Part shown: positions 35,670 through 50,000 of the stretch, piece after piece
How positions within the stretch are numbered: the stretch's first letter is position 1
Layout: every line of letters starts with the position of its first letter
NCBI GenBank assembly: GCA_030704615.1
Contig: CM060733.1
Location: forward strand, 16,616,001-16,680,000
Direction: 5' to 3'
DNA length: 64,000 nt
From: Takakia lepidozioides
Lineage: Eukaryota > Plantae > Bryophyta
The notes under the pieces: model-generated
Told to the model about the DNA's origin: nothing
Seen by the model: the letters and a program-made list of their open reading frames with translations, nothing else
Databases searched by the model: none
Made by a program: the position numbers and the translations under genes

Positions 35670-38600
35670 TTAGGGAGTTTGTTTTGACCTTTCGGGACAC
35701 AATTTGCGGGTGTGGCCAACTTGACGACATATTCCACACTTATAACTTTCCCGCTTGTATCCCTTAATTCTTGGCTTATACTGTCGAAGTCGAGGCTTTG
35801 CTTTTTCCAGGAGAAGCTCATCTTTGTTTGGGCAGTTTGATCTCCGATGACCTGGTTGTTTACAAAGACTGCAGCAATAAAGGCGTGGGGGAGACACAGC
35901 ATTTTTCTTTATGTACCCAAGATCTGGACAGAAATTCCTTCGATGACCTTCTTGCCCACAATATTTGCAAAAGAACTTCAGACCTGCAAAGGACATCTGC
36001 TCAGAAGGCCATGACAATAGTCTTGGGGCTGTCAACTACTAAAATGTCTACTACAGCTTAGGCATTATTTGTTGGAGAATTTTGCCTAGAAAACTTTGCG
36101 GGAAACGGTAGTGACCTAGTACTGTTACATCTCAACAAGCCCTTCTGAAGAATCCCATCTATCACAATATCAAACAGAGATGACATTCTTTCTGACATGT
36201 AAACCCTATGGGAATCTCTTTGTTTCCACAAAATAGCATGATAACGTCAGTATATTGGCCTTCTTCCCTGCCCTCTTCGCAGGGCATGGGCAGAAGTAAA
36301 AGAATGTATGGGAATAAAGAAGTACCTTTCATTTGGAGTCCTCGATCATGCCGGTTTTCAGGATTCCTGAAGAAAGCCTTTTGTTTTTCTGAAATATTTA
36401 GTCTTGCAGCTTCGGTGCTCTTGGATCTCTGCAAACACATACACAGACCCCATTACGGCATGACATACATTTGAAGCCTTACATATAACTGCACAAGTAG
36501 ATGTTTCTCTACATGGGCATTGTGTATTCCAACAGGGTAACTTCCCAGGAGGAAACTACTCAAATACCGAGAGATATTAGTTCCAAACAAAGCAAGGGAA
36601 GCGGATACCACATGCAGGCTCAAAAGAATGCGAGGGAAGGAAGAGCAATTGCCTTGATAGCAGCTACCATCTTCGCATGCAGAACAGGATCTTGATGCTG
36701 CTTCTGCACCCGCCTACTTATTGCTCCTGTCCTCTTCTCCAGTGCCTGATCTCAATATCAATGTCAGATAATGCGAGTCTCACGAGCCGCGACTCTACGG
36801 CAACAAGCTATTTCTGTCAGTCCCTAAATCAAAACTGCAGTTGTACCCTCTCAACAATTGAGTCCATAGAGACAAACCTTTAAAGCGCGGCTAATCTTCT
36901 CTCGAACTTCTGCTGAGGGAGGTCCATATACACGCTGTGATTGTTTCTTGGGGATGTCTGGAATGTCCATGCTATCAATGGCGTCATCATCTATTGCGTT
37001 CAAGGGTGAACTGCAGCCCAAACACACAACCCAACAGCTTTTAGGCAGTGCTGATATGGGTAATGTGCTTCTAGCTCTGGTAGTAAGTTGGCGTCTTGTG
37101 TGGTCAACCTTGTTACTCAGCAGTCTCTGCACAAAGTAGTGGCCAAGATTGACCTGCTGGTGATGGAAATGCTGTAGACGGTTTCCAGCTGGTAGACAAA
37201 CACAGTAATCGTCACTGGATTTGCATTAGTGCAGATGAACATTTCTGCCTTGAATTTTCATGCTAAGGTTGACCCACTCAACAAATCACAGTTGAAGTTC
37301 TAGTGGTTTCAACCAGCTTTGCTGACCATCGGACATCACCCCCAGGTGGTGCTTGACATACTCGTGTTTACACTAGAGTGACTTAACAAAGCCTAGGACT
37401 AACCTGTGCTCTCTGAGAAAGTGTTAGCTGCTTCAGATCGGCCAACGCAGTGAAAATTACATGATTGCATGAGGGTAGCCTGAGACCACACACAACAATT
37501 CCCCAAAAGTCATGTGATCTCGACAGCTCTTTCTTGACACCACAGCTGGTATTCACCTTCAACTCTTCCAATACCCAAGATTCCCTAGTGGTGAGATTTC
37601 ATGGGCTACACATCTATTGTTATGTGCTACAGCATTCAATCGGGATGGGTATGAGCTACTCTCATCACAGTGGATTACTTCTGATAATGAATATCCCATT
37701 CTAGATGTACACACAGTGAACCCAGTAATAATGTGCCCTAACCTTCCTACCATATGGCCTGCATTATATACCCAAATGACTTGAGGTTTCCCACCAGGCC
37801 GCAATATGCTTGAGAGAGAAAGAGAGGGACAGTGTTTTACCGTTTACGAGCACTCTCCCAAGCTGACTCATTGACTGATTCCTCCCACACCACACACTCC
37901 CCCAGACAACGTGTGCAGGTCCTAAACTCCTGCATCCACTCCCAACATCAGAGTTTGCCTACTTTGTTATGGGAAAGTTGACAGCAAGAGAAAGCGGCAT
38001 TCAGCCCTGGTTCCTGTTGGAAGGCCTGATTAATTCAAGGACACTCATCCACTGTCTATGACAAACAACTAACACATAAATAACATCCACACACTTCTTA
38101 TTGAAAAAGGCGGAGACAGTGACACCAAATATGACCTGAAGTCTAAGACTATCGTACCAAGCACCTAGGGGCTGCCTGCATGTGGTAGCTTCAAAGCTCC
38201 CTTCATGCAGGATAATCTGGAACATTCTCCAGCTAATAGATATTGATCAGGAGTGCTTTAAGCATTATTAGGATATTGTTTATTATCAATTTGGTTGCCT
38301 TGGTGCAGAAATTGTGAGATGATGTGAGTATGATACCTTGCCGGAGCACTGGGGACAAGATGCTTGCCCATTACCAAGGTTGCAATCAGGGCAGGGCATG
38401 TAGCCCCTTCCTCGACAAGTTGGGCATGGTACTTCTCTCACATACTGCCCTTCTGGCCCATACCATGAGTGTGGGTCCTGATTGCTCTCTGAGTGCTCCC
38501 TGCTCAATCACAAACCCATCTCCTCGTGAAAATCAACATTATTCCCTCTCTCTCTCTCTCTCTCTCCCTCTCTCTCCTCTAAAGAAGTTCCGCTCAAACT

Positions 38601-40479
38601 GGGCACGGGGTCAATGGCCACAAGGCTACGGCAAACAACGTCTTATGAGTACATCTCTCTCTTCTAAAAAGAAGGCTACGACAAACAACGTCTTATGAGT
38701 ATATTCTCTTCTAATAAGAACATAGTCCCTGCACCTCTGTTTACCAACTCTCAAATCTTGAGGCTGAGCCTAAAGCCCTGGCCCTATAGGATTCTCATTG
38801 CTGGGCAGCTCACACGTAGCAGCTTGATGCTTGTGTGGATGGCTTTCAAAGAGAATCTGGAATGCCTGAACTTATTGTTTATATCAAGGTAAGTCCACTA
38901 CTGGAGTGAGACCCTCACATTTTGTTTTGCCCACCTGGTCGTGGGGTCTATGGCCACAAGGCTACGGTAAGCAATGTGTTTATGGGTCTAAAGAATGAAG
39001 GGGATGTGCAAGCACAAAACAGTTTGTACAGATCAGGCTTCACCATTCAAAAACGACTTCTACAGCCTGGAGGAGGAAATCCTAAATTCAGAGAGGGAGA
39101 ACAAGGTTTCCAGCTAAGATTCAGCCCGCCTCATGCCAGGTCACTTCTCAAAAGGTACTACTCCTCATGAGGTGGGCACTATCACTCAACATTGAAGGGG
39201 AAGGTGTTGTTGGCCACATCCTTGTCACCCATCTCGTTGTCTGATACAAGGACATAACTTAGAAAGTACAAGACATTCAATTGTCTGAATACAAGAGAAT
39301 GAATTCATAACAGTCTGGCAGTAAGGGAGGAAAAAGGCACCTGGTACGCATGTCTATCCCCAATCCAAACAGGTCCTCAAATGGATCCCAATCCAGCTGC
39401 CAGCCCCATCCATCCAGGAGGGGCAACATGTTCAACTCCAAGCAAGTCAAGGCCGAAGCCATGGACACAAATAGTTTTAGCTATGGGACCTCAAAGATTC
39501 GTATTTCTGAACTTGACTGAAAGCTGAACAGGGAAGACCGTGAATTGTACACATATACTGACAATGCACTCCGCAATAAGCTCCTCTCTGCCCATCTCAA
39601 AAGCAAATCAAAACAATTTAACAGCCACATTCTGGAAATGCCATGTGCGCAACACAACAGAGCCAGTTGCACAACGATGTTGGCTAATCGGATGGCGCTC
39701 TACAATCACATATACACATTCTTAATTGAGCGAGCCCAGCAAGCTATGTGCATACGAGTAAATTTGGCTTTTCTATCTATGTGCAGAAATAGAGCCACTG
39801 GCCAATCATGTTTGGTAGAAAAAGTTAGCATCTCCTTTGCAATGCCCATCTCCATGGATGCAAATACCCAGATCTACGATAAGATCACGGAACATTAAAC
39901 GCTAATAGTGATTTTCGTCCAATGAAGGACAACAGACCACAAGCCCATTTCCTTACCAGAAACGAGCGTATAAAAACAATCTCATAGAACTAGCTAGAAA
40001 CCAATCAATCATCCCACGTAATTGATGAACTTCCGGCTTACCGAGAAATTTAAAGAATTCTCTTGATCCCTGCCATTTACTTCATCCGAGGACGTACTGA
40101 AAGATCCCCGAAGCCGCTTCTTCAATTCCAATGCACGTCGACCTGAGATAGGCTGCAGGCATGAACATCTCAAAAGCAACAGAGACGGCATCACTCGTTG
40201 CAGAACCTCGTATGAAGAACCTCTCTGATCGCACAAGGGGGAAGAGACATGGGGAAACGTACGCACGTTTCGCGACCTCCATTTCCGATTATAGCAAAGC
40301 CCACATTGCAAGCCCCAGCGCCAAGAAGAAAACCCCACAATTGAACGCAGCGACGACTGAATCCTCTTGGATGACCAATTGCACAATTGTCTACGTTTAC
40401 ACCACATGTGTGCAGAGAGACTGAATCCATCGCGCGGAGGTGAGCAGGCAGCAGGCAGGCTGCACCCGCGCAGCACCAT
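35670..40479 (-). CDS. DnaJ-type CxxCxGxG zinc finger plus three CCHC zinc knuckles (At5g20220-like). Exons 40479-40042, 39396-39341, 38499-38337, 37929-37841, 37010-36878, 36745-36653, 36428-36326, 35983-35670
   Basis: Exon phases are mutually compatible. Motifs CPTCRGRG, CPQCSGK, CTRCLGECVVWEES, EVREKISRALK and three CxxCxxxGHxxxxC. Confidence 0.82.
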
Positions 40480-40617
40480 CGCTGGCGACCTCTCTCTCTC
40501 CTCCTCCACTTCCTTACCCCCTCCTTCCGATCAACGAATGAACTCTGTGACCTCTTGAACGAATAAACTCTGTGATCTGAATGAATGATCTCTGTGCTCA
40601 TGAACGAAGGAATCTGT

Positions 40618-40701
40618 GAGTTGGCGAATGAATGATCTCTGTGTCTGGATGAGTTGGCGAATGAATGATCTCTGTGTCTGGATGAGTTGGCGAATGAATG
40701 A
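40618..40701. repeat. 33-bp tandem repeat x2.5 in a divergent intergenic region
   Basis: GAGTTGGCGAATGAATGATCTCTGTGTCTGGAT at 40618 and 40651, partial at 40684. Decayed copies lie upstream. Confidence 0.92.
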
Positions 40702-41025
40702 GATGTAAGAAGAAGTATTCATCTAGACAAGTATTCATCCAAGGGTCCTTCTTGGCCTGGTTTCCTATAAAAGCATCGCGCGTTGCGTCTTCCTGCAACA
40801 GCGAAGGAGCGCTCGACAGTGCGCTCTGTGGTGCCGTCGTTTCTCTCTCTCTCTCACTGCTCGCTTCCCTCTTCTTCTTCTTCATCACGCATCGACGGGG
40901 TTCGCATGAGAGGAGGCAGGCTCATAGGCCACTTGGCTACGCACGAAGTTGTCACCGGAAGTTTGATTCACATGCGGGAGGACGGGGTTGACAGATTTTC
41001 GTCACACTCACCGGAGCTTTGAGCT

Positions 41026-44000
41026 ATGGTGAGGGTCAATTTAGATCTTAATTTACCGGCGCCGGCCGGTGAGCCGGAGGGGAGCCTCTCGTTCTCTCCT
41101 TACTCCCGTGATCTGGAGGCTTCTGCTGTAGCACAGCCTTCCTTGCTTCATGATGCGGCGGGAGATGAGGGGATTAGAGATCGCTGGGCCGAGGGATTGC
41201 CGGAGGTGAAGGTTTTTCAAGTGGGAAACGAGGAGCCTGAGCCAGATGTAAGAGTTGTTTCCGAGCGGGAAGATGAAGGCCCCGGATTTGATAGGCCTGC
41301 ACAACTGCATAGCGTGCGAATCGAGCCGGCGTTCGTCACGGGAAATTTCCTTACTTCATGTTGTGAAGCGCCGGAGAGTGTTGTAGCGTCAGATAGATTA
41401 TTGTTATGTAGTGAGCGAGGTTTTGTTACGGGGGATTCAGTTGGAGTAGAAGCCGATCGGAGGGATGGTGAAGGAGATGACAGTTGTAGGGGGAAGAGTG
41501 AAGACCATGAAAGACCGGATGGCCAATATCAGCCTTCCATTGCTGGCCTATCTGAAGCCGAAGGCAGTAGCGCGCCAGAGGAGGTGCCTATGCAGGTTGA
41601 AGTTAATACCAGACCCCGTAAGCGCCTTAGAACCATTGGTGAACTGCGAACGAGAAAGCTTGAAAAGAACGCTGAATTAGCAAGTCCCAGCGACAGAGTG
41701 GCGATCCCCGAAGGTACGCCAGAAAGTTGGGGCGGCTCAGGGGAGGTTAACCCCAACATGGCTAGCAAAGATGATCTCGGAGAAAATGTTTCAACTCATC
41801 CAGAAGCCAAAATGGAAATGACCATTGGGGCTTTGGAGGGCATAGCAGTAACCCCAGAAGAAATTGTCAGGGATGCAACCTTTCAGCCCCATGAAAAGTT
41901 GCAAGCAGAGACCAAGGACATTTTGGATGGTGAGAAGAAGAAGAGTTCTGGATTGAAAGGTGCAATGCCGGGAAGAAGACGCCGCCGGACTGTGCTTTTG
42001 AACGCCGACGAGCCCGTAGTACGACCTCGGGTTGTACGATCCCACCCGCTTGCTCCTTCCTCGGGGGCCAGGGTGGATCATTCGCTAAAACTTGAGGTTC
42101 AGCAGGCCAGTGATTTTGGCACGAGCACGGGGGTTTCAGAGGATAGAGACTGTCGGAAACTGGAAGGCTTATCTGCCCCACAGAGCCCAGGAGGAGAATC
42201 TACTCTGCAAGCTATGGATGATATCCAGGTTCCAGACCAGAGCCCTGATGCAGGGACAGGTCATAGGCCTTCATTGAACAAGAAAGCTTGTAAGAATGAA
42301 GAATATGTATATAATGCGCCTCCATTGCAGCAGCAAGGCTATCCAGAGTCAGAGGCAAGTGAAGTCTCCCATGCAAAGAAGGAAGAACCAACAGCTAAGC
42401 AGGGACCTGCGAAATCTAGAAAACTTCGCAGGCTGAATGAACCGCAACCATTGCGGAATATACACTCAACAACGTCTGTGAAGCCTGCTGAGTTCATTAG
42501 GCCGACTGTAAAGAAGCCAACAGGGATAGCTTTTTCGAAAAAGAAGATAACTGGAGCTGGAGTCCATCCTACTAACAATGAGTTTGTATCTTCATTTCAA
42601 GATACGTCGATTGAACGTCTTCATCGCGAAGCCACATGTAGCAAACTTTGGCAGACTCCTGGTTTGTTCTCCTGCTTGAAACCTTTTGATGGATTCTTTC
42701 TTTATTGCTGCACCTTTGTCACCATGAGGAGACATGGGCCACCGGACAGATGGTCATGCAGGACTTGATCTCTGGCAAGACCACTGTGACTTTGGTGTCT
42801 GGTAATATGGTGATATCATGCTGTCTTATGTTCCATGTCCCTGTCTCCTCGGCTGCCTGTAGTCCAATTTCATCTCTGGTGTTGGGTCCTAAAATATGCC
42901 CTATTTCCTATGAGGGTTGCAGACTTTTGAACTGTTCTTGAAAGGAGTTGATGATGGTCTGATTTGCAGTCAAAGATCAGACAATGTCAATGACATTTTA
43001 GGCTACATGGGAAGGACCTTCTGTGTGGGCTTTGTGTGTTTGATGTTTGGGTTCTTAATCTGGGGTTTGGTGCCAATCATTCAGCTCACCACTGCAGGCA
43101 TGATCCTCCTCTATGTCACTATGTTCCAGGATGGAATCACCGATGATTCTTTTTTAAGGTGGTTTGATACAAGTTATATGACATGGATGTAGCCTTGTAG
43201 CTTTAGCTTATGCAGTGGACCACCGTAGCTCCAGTTTACATCCTCCTGAAACAAACAGGGAATCAAAACCGTCTTGTGTAATCACTATTGTGTGAGGGTG
43301 TTACTTGAAGGGAATCAGCCACACAGTGGGCAGAAATGCATACATTCAACTTCCTCAGATATGGAAGTTAGGTCAACTTGCTAGTTTTCTTGGGAGGAGG
43401 AAGGCTTAGATTCTCAATATGAGCGTGAGGTGAGGGAGAGGGCCTGATGGGGGGCCATTTGGGCGCTCAATTGGCAGGTATGCTTGCTGGTCGTGCTCAC
43501 CTGTGCCTGTAGCAATGCCAGGTGGCTTTCCCTGTACTGAGATTGGCTTGTGGCCATAGGTCTGCCAGAGGCTGATTGTCATGCATTGATGCATCTTGCA
43601 TGCATGCATCTGTTCCAGCAGGAAAATATCTCATGGAGCAAGCAAGGCACGGGGTGCTTTCCCGGCTAGATAAAACTTGACAGTTTGTTGTTCTGAAGCA
43701 GTTTCCGAGCAAACCCAACCAGTTTTGCCCCTTGTGACTGGAGATCGCAAGCATATCTGCTTCCGTCTCTGCATCACCGACAGCTGTGGCCTCCTCTGCC
43801 TGCCGTTTCTCCGGTATCTGACTCTCAGAGCATTGGCTGCCTTGTTTGGGCTTAGCTTTTGGGATAGAGTGAATCAGTCCTCAACCTTTCAAACAGCTGA
43901 CATCTAGTTCGAATCACGAAGCAAGATTGTTTAAGAGATGGCTTCTCTATGCTTTCAACCCGCTTCAATCACATGAATCAGTGAGGCATTGCCTCTGGCA

Positions 44001-47000
44001 GACCAACACCATTTCTCGGATGTGTGGAGGTAGTGTGGATTGGGGGCTCCACTTTGAATCTCCTCTTTTTCCAGTGTTATTTATGAGTGCTGATAGTATT
44101 ATTATGCAAATCACTCTCTATGTGCAGGGGACTCTGAACTGCAGCGGGTTCCTGGTAGCTTTGCATCAGCTGATGAATATGTCCATGTTTTTGAGCCACT
44201 GTTATTTGAGGAGTGCCGTGCCCAGTTACACAATGTCTGGGAGGAGCTTCTGGAAGGAAGTAGTACCGATGTGCATGCAGCTGTTTCTATTAAAAAGGTG
44301 GACAGGCGTGAACGGGGTAAGTTTATCATCTAATCTCACTACATGGCACTTGCAGTTTCTTTTTCTTTTGCCATGGATCTGTGAAAGTGAATCTTTATGT
44401 CCTACATGTTGGAAATTCTTAGACATGAGACATTCCATCACAGATTCCTGCATGCTAGATTTTGCATGCATCTAACCATTTCGAATGTGCATACTGTATA
44501 GCGATTTGCTTATCTGTAGCTGCAAGTTATTTGTTCTCCTGTAAGCATAATTGCTACCCAGGATATGACTTACTTGAAAGAAGTCGTCTGTTTTGGATGC
44601 ATAGCCTCGCTCAGTTTCCCCGATTCTGGAAAGACACATGCTTAAACAGTCAGTATGGGGGTCTGCACAGGGAAAGTGCGTAGCTCCTCACCAGGGTGTC
44701 TACCTGGTTTCCTTGTGGTAACTCCTGTGCAATCCTGTCCAGTGTGGCAATGATGGCTGAGATCTATAATACTGATTTTGGCTTCACATGTCTAAAAATG
44801 AAACAGTGAAATCTGAAAACTACTTGCCGTGAACTTTTGATTGTAAGTTTTAGATAGTTGCTAACAATTGTATCATTGCAGGGTGGTATGATGTGGTCCT
44901 TATGCCACTTGACTCCAAGAGACAGCTTCACTTTAAGGAAGGCGATGTTGCTGTTCTCTCGACACCCAAGCCTGGATCTGGTAAATATTCCAATTGCTAC
45001 CTATGGATGCTTGCTTGACAATTGAAGTCATCTAGTATGAGCCCTTGCCCACATGTGTGTGCACTTACATTATTACTAAGACTTGGATGGTCTGCTGCAC
45101 TGGTGGGCTTCAATTTCCATGATTTTAGTAAACTCTCATCTGCTCAATTCCAGTTAGCATCCAGCTGTCACACCTTTAGAGTCCTTAACATATACTTGTT
45201 GGTTATTCTTGCAACTTATTTTACATATGAGTGCTGCATCTGTCTGCCTTTCACAACAGCCGTGGTGATTCTTCCTGCTTTAAGTGCATTGCAAGCCACC
45301 TCCAAGCATTTCAAAGTGAATTGCCCTAATTATTCATTTTTCCTGAAGTACAGGTAGCAGAAGGAAGGGCCGTGTTAAGAGTGGGAAGGTGGAGAGTACA
45401 GAGGAAGGGACAATAGTAGGCTGCGTCGCAGGTTTTGTACGCCGCTTTGTACCTGTGGATGTGCGTGATTTGCCAGGAGCCGTTTTCCACTTTCATGTCT
45501 CTCAAGAAGACATGACTGATTTAAGGTGAAGTTGTCAAACCTTTTTGTGGCTCCATGATTTCTAAGTGCTGTGAATTTCGAGTTTTGGCAGGTGAAGGAC
45601 ATTAAGACCTCCTTGTATTCCTTGGATTGTGGTCACCTGAGTTTGTGTCAGTAGAGAATGGTGGGTGTGGCGTGTTTAGTTGTGATGGTCGTGTTATTAA
45701 CTGCACTTTATTCACTTCATAAGGTCATTTTATTCATTTGCCCTGAAGTGACCCTGGTCCCACAAGAGCAATTTTGGATCGAGATGCCAGGACATAAGTA
45801 GCTTCCACCTACAACCATCTGTGTCACCAGTTTGCCGCTTTATTCCTATGAATCTGATGGCCAATGGACTGCACCCATGTCATCACATTCCGCCCAAAAT
45901 TTAGGAGCCTACCGTGTGATTTACGTCGTCTTGAAGGAAATTAAGCACATCCTTCACTGCATTGTGACATCTCCTGTTGTAATTACCTGTGCTGTGACCC
46001 TTTGAATGACTTCAGTCAGTCATTTGTGCTCTTCACTGGTGTCAAACAGCACTTTGCCCTTTTGCTTCAGGATCTTGTCTTCAGAAAGTAGGTCATCCTC
46101 TGTTGTATTCATACTGTCCTTTGTGGTCTTCCCCTAGGGTCAGTGAAGCCCTGGCTTATCAGGCTTCCAGTTGGTGGGGAAATCCTGTGCAACTTCTTTG
46201 TTGCTGTTATCGGGAGGAATAGCATACACAACATTGGGAGCATGGTCTCAGTAGTTTGCTGTGTAGGACTACCAAGAGTTTAGTACATAGATGAACCTGA
46301 ACTTCTGTGATCTCTGAAAGGGGGTTTAGGTTCATTGGATGTTCTTGGTACCAAGAGTTTCCATAGATTCCATTGTTTGCTGACATTCCAACTAAGCAGA
46401 CGAGGTGGATTTCAGTTAATGATTGTCCTTAGGTATCTGACCAATTTAGTCAACACCAACCCGAATGTTCATTGACAGGCCCTGTCTGTGAAGTCTCTGC
46501 AATTTGTTGAGCTGACAGTTTGATGTTGTCTTATGAGTTGATCTGCAAGTGAATTTCTCATGTACTCCAGAAGTCTGATTTGTGATAGAACTTATAATAA
46601 TTGTCGTAAAGGATCTCCATGGTTTTCTGGTGGAAATTTTCCTCGGGGCTCTTGAAATGTATCTTGAAATGTAGAGGCGGTTGTAAAATTGTTTTAACCA
46701 ATATAAAGTGTCTGCTGTAGATCCTAATTTTTTTCTGCACTCTTCACTTTTCAAAATGCATCCTATCTGTTGTCTGCGGATCTAGGAGGATTCGGCAGGG
46801 AAGTTGTTGCTGACGGACGATAATGTTACTGGCCTTTGTACAGTGGTGGTGAGAAGGATGGTGTCAAAAACTCAGGGCATGTATTGCAGCAGCTCCAGCA
46901 GGTAGGAGGAACTTGGTACTTGACTGGACTTGGGTCCATCACTACGACTCAACGTGAATACTCAGCTCTCCACCTTCTCCAACACTTCCGTCCACAGGTG

Positions 47001-50000
47001 AAGCTGAACTTTTGTGATCTCTTAAAGATGTTTAGGTTCATTGATATCCTTGTTTTTCCTTCATTTCCTGGTTCTTGGTATCTATGTGACAACGATTAGA
47101 TGGCCTGTATCCAAACAGCTTGAAACAGCTACATGTGTGGGATTAGTAACACAAGTGTGCAATTCAGCATACCACTAACTGGGAGAATTGTTAGGCCAAT
47201 GATTGCTTGATCCTGGCACCGTTCCATCGCCTCCCAGTTGTCCCTCCACAATGCCTTGTCTCATGACTATAATCAGATACAGGTCTAAGAATCTTACTCT
47301 AGATGATGGTTGTTTTGGAGATCAAAGGTTGTGGATGGTTTGATTGGGAACTACTAGGAGCGTTCTGTAAGCTTTTTGACTCCCTGGTGTAGGGTATATT
47401 CCCTCGGAGTTTGGCAGACCTTATTGCAGATACTTTCTGTAATAGTCTTGCAATGCAAACTGTTTCCAGTGTCTCAAGCCTCCTGACAGGTTTTCCAGCC
47501 TTGGTCTGACAACAATGTGGTTTACAGATGATGAATGCAATTCTTCAGCCATGCCCGGAGCTCTTCCCAGGGTATGCTGACCAGGCCCCTCCTGCCATGC
47601 CAGACTGTTTCACTCCTCCCTACATAAAACACCTTCACAGTAGTTTCAATGCCCCTCAGCTAGCATCCATTCAATGGGCAGCTGCACACACTGCAGCAGG
47701 CTCACCAGAGACTGGCAGCACTCCCACTTCAGCAGGGGGTCAACCTTGGCCCTTTACGCTAGTCCAAGGGCCTCCTGGAACAGGAAAGACACATACTGTG
47801 TGGGGCATGCTAAATGTGATCCACTTAGTACAATATCAACGCTACTATGCTGCGCTCCTTCAGAAGCTAGCCCCAGGCAGTTTGTCGACCCCTGAGGGAA
47901 CCATTGTGAGCAATGGCACGGAGAGGGACACAGATGGTGATGAGTGGGGAACAATTGATGAAGTGCTACAGAAGATGGACCGTAGTCTTGCCCGTGTGCT
48001 CCCCAAGCTTTGTCCCAAGCCTCGGATGCTGGTCTGTGCACCTTCCAATGCAGCCACAGATGAACTGCTTTCCAGGGTCCTTGATAGGGGATTTATTGAT
48101 GGGGAAATGAGAGTGTATCGGCCTGATGTGGCACGGGTTGGAGTGGACACATCGTCACGAGCAGCACAGGCTGTTTCTGTGGAGCGACGGACTGAACAGC
48201 TCTTGGCAATGGGACAACACCAGGTTGTGGGCTGGCTGCAGCAGCTGCGTGTCAAGGAGGTTGGCCTGGCTCAACATGTTGCAGGCCTTCAGAAAGATTT
48301 GATTGATGCAGCTGCAACTGCACGGTCCCAGGTATCATAATTTTTTATCTCCATTTTAGAATGCATCTTAGCAAGATCTAAAACCTTTGCTAGCAAGGTG
48401 ATCCAGCGCTTTCAAGGAAGATGTGCTTGCAAATCATCAATGACGTGTTTTCCTTTCTTTGTACAAGGAAGCTTTGTCATTATGCTATATAATCAACAGG
48501 ATCTGAACTTTCAGCTTTGTCTCTACTTACCAACTATGCTATGTGTTGGAAAGCTGCTAAGTTAAAACGTTTGTGTTGGTATCAGGGTGTCATGGGAATA
48601 AACCCAGAAATCCTGGCAGCTCGCGACCAGATGAGGGATGGGAAACTACAGCAGTTGGCAGCTCTAGTAGAGGAGAGGGACAAAGTGCTGGTGGAGATGT
48701 CACGCCTGTTCATTATAGAAGGCAAATTTCGACCTGGCAGCAATTTTCGACCAGAAGATGCACGCCGGAAACTGGAGGCCAGCTTTGCTAACGAAGCGGA
48801 GATTGTATTCACCACTGTTTCCAGCAGTGGCCGCAAGATTTTCAGTTCCCTTACACATGGTTTTGATATGGTGGTCATTGATGAGGCTGCACAGGCCAGC
48901 GAGGTTTCCGTGTTACCCCCACTTAGTTTACGGGCTGCACGCTGTGTTCTTGTTGGGGATCCCCAGCAGTTGCCAGCAACGGTGATCAGCCGGGCTGCTG
49001 ACACAAGGAAATACAGTCGTAGCTTGTTTGAGCGGTTTCAGCAAGCAGGGTGTCCCGCAATTCTTCTCTCTGTACAGTATCGCATGCATCCTCAAATTCG
49101 TGAATTTCCATCTCGCTATTTCTATCAGGGCAAATTGGTTGATAGTGAGAGTGTTAGAGGGCTGCCTGAGGAAATTTACCACCAGGATCCTTTGTTGCAG
49201 CCATACCTGTTTTTTGACATCAGCCATGGCCGAGAGTCACACGGCGGCTCGGTCTCTTACCAGAACAAGATGGAGGCTCACGTGGCCATCCGCCTATACC
49301 AGCATTTGCAGAAAGTGCTTGCTGGAGCAGCAGGCGATGCACCCTCAGCAAAAGTGTCAGTTGGCATCATCACACCATACAAGCAGCAGCTGACGTGCTT
49401 GGAGAAGGAGTTTGTAGCTGTCATAGGGTCAAACTCTACCAGCAAGGGAGTTTACATCAATACAGTTGATGCGTTCCAAGGCCAGGAGCGTGACGTGATA
49501 ATGATGTCGTGTGTACGGGCATCAAGCCATGGGGTTGGCTTTGTTGCTGACATCCGACGCATGAATGTTGCAGTTACTCGTGCACGTCGGTCGCTATGGG
49601 TAAGCTTCATAACACCATGTAATAAGAAAACATTTGACATTCAAAGATGTGGAATATATGCAGTGAATGCTCACTCTCATTTGGAGAGTGCAATAGCTCA
49701 GGGAGGGTCCATTAGTAATGTAATTTGGTGTAATATTGTTTGGCTAATGAAAACAGGTAGAGTCTATTGTCATGTATAATTTGTTGTTATATTTATCATC
49801 TTTTGGGGTCGCACAACAGTGACTTGCAGCCTCTAAGTTCAATCAAGTTGTACTAGCCTCAAACTCCATGATATTTCGAGTGGTTAACATGTTCAACATG
49901 TCAGGTGATTGGCAATGCGTCAGCCCTAATGCAGTCAGAAGATTGGGCTGCCCTGCTGTCAGACGCCAGGGACAGACGCTGCTTTGTTAGCACTGCAACA

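Noticed and set aside
31558-40479. Functional cluster of plastid RNA genes
   Set aside because: Adjacency of HCF152-like and zinc-knuckle genes is easily explained by chance in a PPR-rich genome, and there is no sequence evidence of co-regulation.
40618-40701. CRISPR-like array
   Set aside because: The repeats are directly adjacent with no spacers, the context is eukaryotic, and no cas genes are present.
42662-47527. Short ORFs such as 43927-44475 as separate genes
   Set aside because: They lie in introns or alternate frames of the helicase gene.
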